Shown: piece after piece, positions 46,612 through 55,221 of the stretch | Numbering within the stretch: position 1 is the first letter of the stretch | How the letters are laid out: every line of letters begins with the position of its first letter | Virus record (IMG/VR): IMGVR_UViG_3300031669_000001 | Coordinates: 1 to 64,000 of that record | Direction: 5' to 3' (one strand) | Length of the DNA stretch: 64,000 nucleotides | The notes under the pieces: generated by a model | The model's input: only the letters and a program-made list of their open reading frames with translations | The model's database searches: none | Told to the model about the DNA's origin: nothing | Translations under genes and position numbers: made by a program

Positions 46612-47436
46612 TCATTCTGTTATGTCTTTCAATTCTTTATTCCATCTTTGAAACTTGTCATGCACCTGCAACTTTACTAGCCAATTGTTGAAGTACTCGT
46701 CTATCTCTCTAGAACGAGGATGAGTCTCTGCGTTGTAAATCAAAAAGTCCTTGTAGTTCTGAACCTTGTCAGCTATCAACATTTTCTCAATGCCAAGAAG
46801 AGGACTCATCTCGATGTCGTGAGTGCTTCTTATCTTTCTATGAGATAGATAGCCATTCGCAATGTTGCGATATTCCATGGCTAACGCAACGGCTATAGGA
46901 TTACACTTCACTACGACTCTATCAAAGTTGACTGCAAGATCCATGCTATTTTGAACTAACGGGTGAATGCAATAAGCTTTCATCGCCGTCATTGAAGCGT
47001 CTATCTGCATCATGATGTAGAGACCTTCATCTATGTGATTCATCTTCAACACACCGCTTCTCTTCGCACAATCATTTCCATAAAAGTCCTCAACCATCTT
47101 GTACTCAACGGTATCAAAGATCGATCTAGCAACTTGATGGGGTATGTCGTGCTTCTCAAGAAATGGAATGATGTTGCAATCTTCCATAGTGAGAACTGGA
47201 CAATCTGCCTGCTTCAACAACTTTACACCATGTCCATGACCGCGCATCCTAAATGGAAGGTAGCCAGAACAGAATTTTTCCTCGTCTTTGGTAAAGAACG
47301 TGAGGTAACCATGCTCAGTAGGTTCTACAGTCTTAGACCATTTAAACCCAAGTGACGCCAGCTGCAACGCACGAGTCTTGTAATATTGGACTATGTCCAC
47401 AAGATCATTTGCATCGTGGTTGAGACGGTATGTCAT
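46612..47436 (-). CDS. Putative GNAT-like plus HD-like fusion protein
   Basis: RMRGHGHG; NHIDEG...H...LIADKVQN pattern. Confidence 0.5.
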   Translation of the reverse strand: MTYRLNHDANDLVDIVQYYKTRALQLASLGFKWSKTVEPTEHGYLTFFTKDEEKFCSGYLPFRMRGHGHGVKLLKQADCPVLTMEDCNIIPFLEKHDIPHQVARSIFDTVEYKMVEDFYGNDCAKRSGVLKMNHIDEGLYIMMQIDASMTAMKAYCIHPLVQNSMDLAVNFDRVVVKCNPIAVALAMEYRNIANGYLSHRKIRSTHDIEMSPLLGIEKMLIADKVQNYKDFLIYNAETHPRSREIDEYFNNWLVKLQVHDKFQRWNKELKDITE

Positions 47437-47984
47437 GTTGGTTTGTACTCTACTCCATTGATGATAAGGGGTTTGTAAACGTCGTTGAGGATGAGTTGTT
47501 CTACCGTTAGGCCGTGAGCGTCATGAAGCTTAAACACCTTAACTCCAGCTAACATGAGAAGTGAAAGTCCATTGTCATCATGTCTATCGTAAAATTCACG
47601 GAAGTAAACTTCCTCAATTCCAGCAGCGATGATAAGCTTTGCGCATGGCAGACAAGGTGATACTTGTTGTACCAGCGCGGCACCTACGGTTTCGATGCCG
47701 TGTTTCGCGCACTGTGCTACAACGTTCATCTCTCCATGAAGCTCAAACCGTTCAGAGAATTGTCTGTGAAGGTCTCTGCCTTCGGGAGTCTTGACATCAA
47801 CGTTACAATTCTTAAAGAATCCTGAACAATGATTGAAGCCTGTTGGAACTCCATTCCAACCTGTCATGTTCACTCTACCATCTCTAACGAGTAAGGCAGC
47901 TACGTGAACTCTGGCGCAGGTTGATCGCTTGATGTACGCGTCGAGAATCTCAACACATGTTTGTAAGTCTGCTTGCTTTATCAT
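47433..47984 (-). CDS. dCMP deaminase
   Basis: RSTC....V, GWNG.P, HGEMN, PCLPC. Confidence 0.9.
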   Translation of the reverse strand: MIKQADLQTCVEILDAYIKRSTCARVHVAALLVRDGRVNMTGWNGVPTGFNHCSGFFKNCNVDVKTPEGRDLHRQFSERFELHGEMNVVAQCAKHGIETVGAALVQQVSPCLPCAKLIIAAGIEEVYFREFYDRHDDNGLSLLMLAGVKVFKLHDAHGLTVEQLILNDVYKPLIINGVEYKPT

Positions 47985-48040
47985 TTTACTCTCTTCTTCA
48001 AATGAGAAGATTGTATCACATGCAGAAGATCGTGTAAATT

Positions 48041-48364
48041 TTATAGTAAGTGGAGTTCGTCGTCGATTCGGCTGTCCAAGACAGTGTCTTCAATCTTGTA
48101 ACGCCAGACTTTGAAGCCTTTCTGTTTCAACTGACGAACAACTTCGACAGTGCGATTTGTGATGTCCTCGAGTTCCTTCGAGTGACTCGTCATGAAGGTA
48201 TCTTTAGAAGAACGTTCTTCTGTGTCTGCTTCACGCTTCTTCATGAGCAGGTCTGCAATCCTGAACTTCCAACCTTCAGCGATCAGCTTTGCGGTCTCTA
48301 GCTTACCGTCAAAAACAGGTTCGATGGTGACGTGAGCTTCGTAGTAGTGTTTGGCAGTTGTCAT
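48041..48364 (-). CDS. Hypothetical protein
   Basis: YYEAHVT...RYKIEDTVLDSR. Confidence 0.7.
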   Translation of the reverse strand: MTTAKHYYEAHVTIEPVFDGKLETAKLIAEGWKFRIADLLMKKREADTEERSSKDTFMTSHSKELEDITNRTVEVVRQLKQKGFKVWRYKIEDTVLDSRIDDELHLL

Positions 48365-48672
48365 ATCACAGAAAGGCAGTAATTCTTCTCATTCTCGATC
48401 AACTTGGCAACTGTCACACACGTAATATTAACCGCCGACTGAATGTAGTCTGTCTCATCGTTCTTAGGTTTAATCAGGCCCTGTGATTTCGCGATACACT
48501 CGTTGTAAGCTTCAAGCTTTGCGAGCTTGATCAGGTTAACGAGTTCGCGGTCACCCACTTGATACTTGCTGCCTGATTCAAAAGAATCTTCTATGCTAAT
48601 TCCAGCCTGAATGCGCAGCTTGTCAATACCTTCCATAGTAATCATTTTCTTCCACCTCTCCTTTTTTCCCAC
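48361..48672 (-). CDS. Hypothetical protein
   Basis: Operon packing. Confidence 0.55.
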   Translation of the reverse strand: MGKKERWKKMITMEGIDKLRIQAGISIEDSFESGSKYQVGDRELVNLIKLAKLEAYNECIAKSQGLIKPKNDETDYIQSAVNITCVTVAKLIENEKNYCLSVI

Positions 48673-48875
48673 TCATAGTCAGAATTCGGCGCAGCTACAC
48701 CATCAAGGTGAGTAGCATCTGGATTTTCAGATGACATCGCGATGAAACTTATGCTCCTTCCAGCTATCCGATCTTGTCTCAGCTTCTCGCACAGCTTTAG
48801 AGCTTTATCAATTTCCTCAAAGCTTTCGAAATTTGATAAATCCCCCTCCGTCCAGTATATGCGATGAACGGTCAC
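48642..48875 (-). CDS. Hypothetical protein
   Basis: Operon packing. Confidence 0.55.
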   Translation of the reverse strand: MTVHRIYWTEGDLSNFESFEEIDKALKLCEKLRQDRIAGRSISFIAMSSENPDATHLDGVAAPNSDYEWEKRRGGRK

Positions 48876-48986
48876 GGTAAAACTGCTCCTATGGTAAAGA
48901 GAATTCCAAATACCAAGAATCCTGCTGCAGTTGAATGTACCAAAAATCCAATTGCAGTTCCAATGACAATTATTCCTACGAGATAA

Positions 48987-49307
48987 TCAGCTGATCCCAT
49001 TTTTTGCTCCTAATATTTTGTTCAGCGTCACAGAAAAGATAGATTTTGGTTTACGAGCTGCACGAGCCTTGCGTATTTCCTTGTACAGCGTGTAGCTATA
49101 ATCAGCCATCTTCTTTTCAAACCAAGGCTTCTGCGTTATAGCGTATCGATAAGCTCTGTCACCATAAACATCGCGAGCGCCGTAGCTCGGCCACTCACAC
49201 TTAGGACAACCGCCATGTTTGCTGGCATCTTTCTTCTCAAAGATCCACTCGCATGACATGCAGACCCGCAAGTTTGCTCGTTGTTGAGGGCTGAGTTTCT
49301 GTTTCAT
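48987..49307 (-). CDS. Zn-ribbon protein
   Basis: CMSC...GGCPKC. Confidence 0.65.
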   Translation of the reverse strand: MKQKLSPQQRANLRVCMSCEWIFEKKDASKHGGCPKCEWPSYGARDVYGDRAYRYAITQKPWFEKKMADYSYTLYKEIRKARAARKPKSIFSVTLNKILGAKNGIS

Positions 49308-49645
49308 ACAAAGACCTTAGCTATAGCTGCCCAAGCATCCTTCTTGGAATTTTGCCATTCGATGTGTTGAGTGATGCTGTTCGTTTCCAGGTAAATCATG
49401 TACTTTCCAGAATGATTTGAATAAACACAGTGGGCTTCTGGATACTTGCTCTTTACCTTCTCTTCATTGGACATTTCAAACTCCTTACCTTCGGTAAACA
49501 ATCTTCCTCTATCAACTGCACAGGTTTTATGAGCTGGGTAGATACCGTCTAGCCTCACAAAATCTTTATCTTTGACAACAAATCTGCACAGTCTGCACCG
49601 AGGCTTCGGCTTAATGACGTTTGGATTCCAGTTACCGCGTGCCAT
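49304..49645 (-). CDS. Hypothetical protein with Zn-finger-like motif
   Basis: CRLC...H..C. Confidence 0.55.
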   Translation of the reverse strand: MARGNWNPNVIKPKPRCRLCRFVVKDKDFVRLDGIYPAHKTCAVDRGRLFTEGKEFEMSNEEKVKSKYPEAHCVYSNHSGKYMIYLETNSITQHIEWQNSKKDAWAAIAKVFV

Positions 49646-49871
49646 TTAAGTACAACTTCAATCCAGCTTCCAAAATTTCTATCTTATTGCGATGTTTCAT
49701 GATCTCTTTATTGATCTTATCGACACCGCATTCACGAGCAAGCTGGGCAGCATTTGCAATCTTTTCTTCTAGAGTTAAGATTCCAGAAGGATTTGTTTCT
49801 TGAAGCTTTGGAGCTTTCAAGTCTTTCTTATTCATTTGCTTTTTAATCGTGTGCATAGTAAGTTGCATCAT
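49632..49871 (-). CDS. Hypothetical protein
   Basis: Operon packing. Confidence 0.5.
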   Translation of the reverse strand: MMQLTMHTIKKQMNKKDLKAPKLQETNPSGILTLEEKIANAAQLARECGVDKINKEIMKHRNKIEILEAGLKLYLNGTR

Positions 49872-50893
49872 TCTTTCTCCGTCAGAGCGTAGACTGCAAG
49901 CTTCTTCCAGTCTTTGCAGCTTGAGTTGCGGATTGTGATCAAGTTCATCAGCGAGCGGAAGTTGATGTCGTCAGTCACGTTCATGTGCTCTTCCAGCAGG
50001 TTAAGAGCTTCATGCTTGTGTTCAAGCTCGACGTGCGGAAGAACATCTTCAATCACGTTGCGCATACGTTCGATGCGTTGTGGCTTGGACATCGACAGGT
50101 CAACCTTGAAGCAGCGAGTCTTCACGGCTTCATCGATCTTAGCGAGCTTCATGTTCGAGATGAAGATGATGCGGCCGTTAAACTTGAAGGTCATCGGCAA
50201 ATCTGCATCGCCGAAAGATTGTTCGACTAACCAAGACACCCAACGTTCTTCGTAGGAGTCCAACGCCGATTTCAGCAAGCTGATCGAATCAGCGTCTTTC
50301 AGAACCTTGTCGCAATCATCGAAAACGATAGTGCGATCACGATTTTCCCAAAGCAGACGGTAGAGAGCTTTGGAAGATGCGTGGCCTTTGATGACAACGT
50401 AGTCACCTTTAGGCTGATTGATTTGTGCGTAGACCTTGTCTTTGATCTTTTCTTCTGAATCTTCTACCTGGATGACGTTAAGATCATCGATGCTTGGGAA
50501 GATCGTGTTGCAGTTAACCTTACCGGCCTTGCGCAGCGATTCCATCACGGTGAAGGTCTTACCGACTCCACCTTCGCCGCTAACCATCAGAGATTTAGCA
50601 TCACCTTCAACCACCAGGGTGATCAACTCGTTGAGAAACTCAAAGCGTTCGTTGATGTCGAAGTTAGAATCGACTGAAGATATCGCAACGCCCTTAGGAT
50701 CAGTGATCTTGATGTTGGTTGTAACAACCTCAACGTCCGTGATCTTCGCCTTCACGACGTGAGGGTGAGATTGTTTAGCGACGTAGCGAACTAACGTCTC
50801 CGAGCTTTTTGATGCTACGATAACTTTGTTGCGGGAGATAAGTTGAAACTTGTTCTTTGTTTCATTCCAAACTATCTTAGCTTTTGACATCAT
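49868..50893 (-). CDS. Early AAA+ ATPase
   Basis: Walker A GEGGVGKT, Walker B IVFDDCD, IFISN sensor, KTRC. Confidence 0.85.
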   Translation of the reverse strand: MMSKAKIVWNETKNKFQLISRNKVIVASKSSETLVRYVAKQSHPHVVKAKITDVEVVTTNIKITDPKGVAISSVDSNFDINERFEFLNELITLVVEGDAKSLMVSGEGGVGKTFTVMESLRKAGKVNCNTIFPSIDDLNVIQVEDSEEKIKDKVYAQINQPKGDYVVIKGHASSKALYRLLWENRDRTIVFDDCDKVLKDADSISLLKSALDSYEERWVSWLVEQSFGDADLPMTFKFNGRIIFISNMKLAKIDEAVKTRCFKVDLSMSKPQRIERMRNVIEDVLPHVELEHKHEALNLLEEHMNVTDDINFRSLMNLITIRNSSCKDWKKLAVYALTEKE

Positions 50894-50922
50894 TACCTCT
50901 CTCTGTTTAGATTTGATGGTGT

Positions 50923-50951
50923 ATTATATCACAAGCAGCTGAAAAGTAAAC
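50923..50951 (-). promoter_or_regulatory. T4-early-like promoter
   Basis: GTTTAC-17-TATAAT. Confidence 0.8.
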
Positions 50952-50971
50952 ACTTTTGTGCGGAAAAGACT

Positions 50972-51004
50972 GAAGCCCGATTGAATTTCTTCAAATCGGG
51001 CTTC
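50972..51004 (-). terminator. Intrinsic terminator
   Basis: GAAGCCCGATT...AATCGGGCTTC stem followed by AGTCTTTT on minus. Confidence 0.7.
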
Positions 51005-51035
51005 GGATGCTCCTTCTACACGTGGCAGATGAGTC

Positions 51036-51212
51036 TTATTTTAGAAGTTTTGCAGCTTCATCTAACATATTGATTGCATTACGCAGGCTATCTGGAGCGT
51101 CAGGACCCATAACCCTTTGAATTTCGCCAAGCTCTTTCATTGCCTTGGAAATAATCTTTACGCCTGCTGGAACAGATCGTTCTTCTTTCAGGTATTGCTT
51201 AAAGTCACTCAT
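51036..51212 (-). CDS. Small protein with capsid-targeting-like N-terminus (58 aa; not in ORF track)
   Basis: MSDFKQYLKE-ERSVPAG...AAKLLK; ATGA overlap. Confidence 0.65.
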   Translation of the reverse strand: MSDFKQYLKEERSVPAGVKIISKAMKELGEIQRVMGPDAPDSLRNAINMLDEAAKLLK

Positions 51213-51391
51213 TTCTTCTTTCGCTCGTAAACTACAGCGCGCCTGTCACCATAGATGTACCTTTGATCCTTCTGACCATTTTGAAGGATAACAGTTTCAA
51301 CGTCAATCAAATCGTGTCCGTCGTAACAGATGCCAAATACAACCTCTTCGTCATCAGCGCAGTGTGCTTCTACGGTTACTGTAGTCGTCAT
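51209..51391 (-). CDS. Hypothetical protein
   Basis: Operon packing. Confidence 0.55.
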   Translation of the reverse strand: MTTTVTVEAHCADDEEVVFGICYDGHDLIDVETVILQNGQKDQRYIYGDRRAVVYERKKK

Positions 51392-51392
51392 C

Positions 51393-52478
51393 TTAGTTCT
51401 CCTGCATCGCTTTTCTAGCGACTGCGATTATTTGTTTCTTTTCTGCTTCATTTGGATTTCCAGGATTAGCAACAATTTCTACCTTTCCATTCTTCTTGAA
51501 GACTACCGAAAAGTGACCATACTTTTCACCACGTGAATCAGTGACTTCACACATGTCCGTCTCCATGCTACCAGCCCAATACTTGGCTTCACACAATTGA
51601 GATTCTGTCAGCTTTTCCTTGAACTCACCGCTCATCTTTTTGATGTCAGCTTTACGATCACGCATTGAAACTTCTTCAAGGCGCTTCACTACATTTTCTA
51701 TGAGATTTTCTAGGCGTTCATCCAACTCATCTTCAGTGAATTCGAATGGAGTATCTTCATCATCTTTATGAGTGCGTTCATACTTGACCTTGTCGTCGAC
51801 AAGATAGACGTAAGCCATTCGGATTAAGGTAGGCATCAACGCATTGACAACGTCATGAGAATCTGCACGATCAGGATCTAGCTTGATCACGTCAACGTCT
51901 GGAAAAACATCTGCTTCCATGACGAGAGATTCATTAACAAGTTCTTTAAAATCTACTTCTTTTTCATCGCTCATTCTATAGGTTGCAGCAGCGATATACT
52001 TTCCAGCTTTGGCTTTAGATAAAGCATCGCGAGTGATCCTTGGATGATTCACATCAATGATTGTCTTCATTCCTACAGGCTTAAAATCTTTTTGAGTCTC
52101 ACGTCTCTTGAGATCTGCAGCATCTAACCCGTAAGTTATGTATTTGAAACCTACTGATTCTTCAAGAGGTTCAAATGCATCTTGATCAAGCTTTACACCT
52201 CTAAATCCACGAGCATCGAAAATTTTCACATCTTCAATCTTATTATTTCCACGAATCGCGCAATCAAATTCTATGATGCCTTTACCATGTGCAGAATTAG
52301 TTTCCCAATTAAAAGCTACCATGTACCCTTCTTTTCCATGTGTACGAGATACTGGGTTATCGAGTTCAATAGTGGCAGTATTTTCGATGCCTAAACGCTT
52401 TGCAAATACATTTTCCAGATCATTGATCTGGTCTGCTGTGAAGTGTGTTTCTTCTTTTAGAAATTGTGAGAATTTCAT
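51393..52478 (-). CDS. Candidate multi-module internal head polyprotein
   Basis: MKFSQFLKE-E; linkers LEE-S, VNE-SLVME-A, LTE-SQLCE-A. Confidence 0.7.
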   Translation of the reverse strand: MKFSQFLKEETHFTADQINDLENVFAKRLGIENTATIELDNPVSRTHGKEGYMVAFNWETNSAHGKGIIEFDCAIRGNNKIEDVKIFDARGFRGVKLDQDAFEPLEESVGFKYITYGLDAADLKRRETQKDFKPVGMKTIIDVNHPRITRDALSKAKAGKYIAAATYRMSDEKEVDFKELVNESLVMEADVFPDVDVIKLDPDRADSHDVVNALMPTLIRMAYVYLVDDKVKYERTHKDDEDTPFEFTEDELDERLENLIENVVKRLEEVSMRDRKADIKKMSGEFKEKLTESQLCEAKYWAGSMETDMCEVTDSRGEKYGHFSVVFKKNGKVEIVANPGNPNEAEKKQIIAVARKAMQEN

Positions 52479-53155
52479 GATCTGCTTTCTAATTCTTTTT
52501 CAAGATTTGGATCTATCTTCTTCACGAGAACATCAATCTCGTCTTGGGTCGGGGTGTCACGGTTGATACCTACTAACTTTCTCGCTGCATAACCTGTAGG
52601 ATGATTTGCAGAATCTGCAAAGAAGTCAACGATGACGTTGCTGACTTCTTCGATTGTTATTTCTAGCTCATCTTCTATCTCAGCTAGATCTTCTGCTTTA
52701 TTGAAAGCTTCAAGACACTTATCAAATTGTGGAGTCCAAAACTGATCTGTAGTGCGAGCGAGTTCTGCGGCGTAGGTGAAGTGCATGCCGTGATTTAGCT
52801 CTTTAAGCTTCTTCAACACGTAATCGTAGATCTTTTGTTGCATGACACCAAAGTTGATGCCTTCGAGGATGAGAGATTCTTTGACAGGTTTGTTTGCGAG
52901 CATTGACTTTAGCTCGGCTTTGATCTTCTTGGCAACTTCACCTTTCCAAGTAGAAGCATTTGAGAGGAAGTAGAGAACTACCCCCTTGCCATCATCTGCA
53001 TGATAATTGTCTGTAAGCTTATCAAGGTCTGCCATCGCATCGAGATAAGGCTTTGCGTAAGGACTTATATTTTTCCAGTCCTTACGAATATCGTTCGCAA
53101 TCGCCGACAGTGAACGATAATTCGCTGGCGCTTCTAACAGATCTCTAATTTTCAT
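52475..53155 (-). CDS. Candidate two-module internal head protein
   Basis: MKIRDLLE-A; internal VKE-SLILE-G. Confidence 0.7.
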   Translation of the reverse strand: MKIRDLLEAPANYRSLSAIANDIRKDWKNISPYAKPYLDAMADLDKLTDNYHADDGKGVVLYFLSNASTWKGEVAKKIKAELKSMLANKPVKESLILEGINFGVMQQKIYDYVLKKLKELNHGMHFTYAAELARTTDQFWTPQFDKCLEAFNKAEDLAEIEDELEITIEEVSNVIVDFFADSANHPTGYAARKLVGINRDTPTQDEIDVLVKKIDPNLEKELESRS

Positions 53156-53196
53156 TATTTCACCTTGCATAATTCCTTAGTTTTATTCTTCATGGA

Positions 53197-53204
53197 CATA
53201 AATA
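53197..53204 (+). promoter_or_regulatory. Late-like promoter box
   Basis: CATAAATA upstream of the GAGG SD of the HEG. Confidence 0.55.
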
Positions 53205-53221
53205 ATAATTTTGAGGATTAA

Positions 53222-53908
53222 ATGTATCACTTCACATATCAAACAACAAATCTTATCAATGGTCATATTTATATTGGAGTACACTCAACTCTATTATTAA
53301 ATGACGAATATCTTGGTTCTGGTAAAATACTCAAACAGGCAATCTCAAAATATGGAAAAGAACATTTCAAAAGACAAATTTTATGTTTTTATGATTCATT
53401 TGAGAAAGCACTACAGGCAGAGAAAGAGATCGTAACAGAAGAATTTATCAGCAGGCCAGATACTTATAATCTAAATATTGGAGGTCACGGCTCCTGGCAT
53501 CATAGACGCGGAATTAAAATGTTAGACGAAACGAAACGAAAAATATCTGCAAAATTAAAGGGGCGAGAATTCTCAAAAGAACACAAATCTAAATTAGGTC
53601 ATATTAAAACTATAGAAGAACGAGAAAGAATTTCTAAGGCATTAAAGGGAAGATCTTTTTCAGAAGCTCATAAACAAAAGATAAAAGAATCTCATGCAAA
53701 CGTTTCTGGAAAAAATAATCCAATGTTTGGAAAAGGACCAACAAAAGGTTCTTTTAATAGCGAAAATCATCCCCGTGCAAAAAAGATTACTATAGACGGT
53801 GTTACTTATTCTTCAGGGCTTCAAGCTGTTAAAGCTCTCGGTAGAGCTCGCGTCTATAAATTTGTCAAGTTGCGCCGTGATGATCAACAGGCTGGAATTC
53901 AAGCTTAG
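53222..53908 (+). mobile_element. Seg-like GIY-YIG homing endonuclease gene with NUMOD3 repeats
   Basis: FTYQTTNLINGHIYIGVH...YLGSG; S.EHK.KI repeats; NNPMFGK; opposite strand, AT-rich. Confidence 0.9.
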
Positions 53909-54527
53909 ACATTATATTCTCGACTTCATTAAAACTGATTGGATAGAAATTGTGAGAATCAACACCAACATCCAAAATTTTCCCCTTGAAAGGATATTTT
54001 AATCCACCATGAGAATGGCCATGGAGCATAAACGATGAATGATGAGCTTTATTCCATGTCAGCATCGCGTAGTGACTCATCACGATCATCTGGTTGCCAA
54101 CGTTGATCTCGAGATAGTCAACGCACTTCTCAAACTTCGATTGCAGGAAGTTTGACATCTTGATTCCCTTGTCATGGTTCCCATAGACCAAGATCTTCTT
54201 GCCGTTTAGCTGATCAAGGATGCGACCGGTCTTTGCTTCATCGTAGAATGCAATGTCGCCGATCATATAGACGGTATCATCAGGTTGAATTCTGGAATTG
54301 TGTTTACGGATCATCTCTGTGTCCATGACCTTGACTGCTTCATACAGAGAATTTTTGTAGATGCGCTTGAGTTGATCGACGGTGGATGATCCACTGTATC
54401 GACTTGCAACTGCGTCATCGTAATCCCGCTTGTGTTTGATGAGTGCAGCGTCTGCGAACGGACGCTTGCAGTACCAGATAACGTTGCCGTGTCCGTAATG
54501 TTGATCGCTTGTGAAAAATATTGCCAT
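53865..54527 (-). CDS. Calcineurin-like metallophosphoesterase
   Basis: TSDQHYGH, GD, GNHD, SHY, LHGHSH, DVGVD. Confidence 0.9.
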   Translation of the reverse strand: MAIFFTSDQHYGHGNVIWYCKRPFADAALIKHKRDYDDAVASRYSGSSTVDQLKRIYKNSLYEAVKVMDTEMIRKHNSRIQPDDTVYMIGDIAFYDEAKTGRILDQLNGKKILVYGNHDKGIKMSNFLQSKFEKCVDYLEINVGNQMIVMSHYAMLTWNKAHHSSFMLHGHSHGGLKYPFKGKILDVGVDSHNFYPISFNEVENIMSKLEFQPVDHHGAT

Positions 54528-54552
54528 TTTGTTTTATTTGGTTAGTTTAACT

Positions 54553-54579
54553 CAGGCTATTATAACACAACAGCCTGAA
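54553..54579 (-). promoter_or_regulatory. Hairpin with TATAAT in its loop (terminator and/or promoter)
   Basis: TCAGGCT-attataacacaac-AGCCTGA. Confidence 0.45.
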
Positions 54580-54589
54580 ATGAACATCG

Positions 54590-55168
54590 TTATTTTTTAT
54601 CTAATGACGTTATATAGCTGTCAGTTCGAGTTTCAAAATAAATCCTAGCAGCACGCTCGACCTTACCGCTTGGACCATCCTTAAAGCTGGTGACGTCTAT
54701 TGATAAGTTGTAAAAGAATTTGTAGAGAAGAGCTATCATCTCTGGGCCACCAGGGATGGACTCTGGCAAGTTTCCAATTATTGACTTTGGATCGAATGCA
54801 ACTTGTGTTAAGTTGTGATTTCTAGAACCTCTATAATCGAGCGCATTGACGTGGCTAGTGCTCGTAATGCGACAATCTTTGAATTTCATCTCTTCAAGAA
54901 TGTAATCATTTCCATCTAGAATTTGGATTGACAGGTCAAATTTATCACCTGCATTGCCGACTTCATTGATAGCAGATGCTGCTCCACTTAGAACGTCATC
55001 GTCGTATTCGAAGTAAAGTTCACCATTTTCTGGACCGTTGCAATAATTTTTCTCAGGAGGGTAGATGCTGTTGACCTGTAGCGAAACTGGTGACAGTCGA
55101 GAGTCACTAAAGACTACTCTGAAGCGGTTTGATAGTTTAGGTTGAAGGATTCCGGTAAAGTCTGCCAT
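54590..55168 (-). CDS. Tail tube protein (T4 gp19-like)
   Basis: LQPKLSNRFRV, LQV..I.P, DD, DG....E...F..C.I; late promoter. Confidence 0.65.
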   Translation of the reverse strand: MADFTGILQPKLSNRFRVVFSDSRLSPVSLQVNSIYPPEKNYCNGPENGELYFEYDDDVLSGAASAINEVGNAGDKFDLSIQILDGNDYILEEMKFKDCRITSTSHVNALDYRGSRNHNLTQVAFDPKSIIGNLPESIPGGPEMIALLYKFFYNLSIDVTSFKDGPSGKVERAARIYFETRTDSYITSLDKK

Positions 55169-55176
55169 GATTTTTG

Positions 55177-55208
55177 TATCTCCATTATTTGTTATGGAGA
55201 TATTTATC
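55177..55208 (-). promoter_or_regulatory. Late-like promoter with SD-sequestering hairpin
   Basis: GATAAATA overlaps the 5' arm of TATCTCCAT-N8-ATGGAGATA. Confidence 0.7.
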
Positions 55209-55221
55209 ATGGACAGAAAGT

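Noticed and set aside
27128-53908. Group I introns around the four GIY-YIG genes
   Set aside because: Flanking genes are unrelated and complete, with no interrupted exon pair or room for an intron core; treated as free-standing HEGs.
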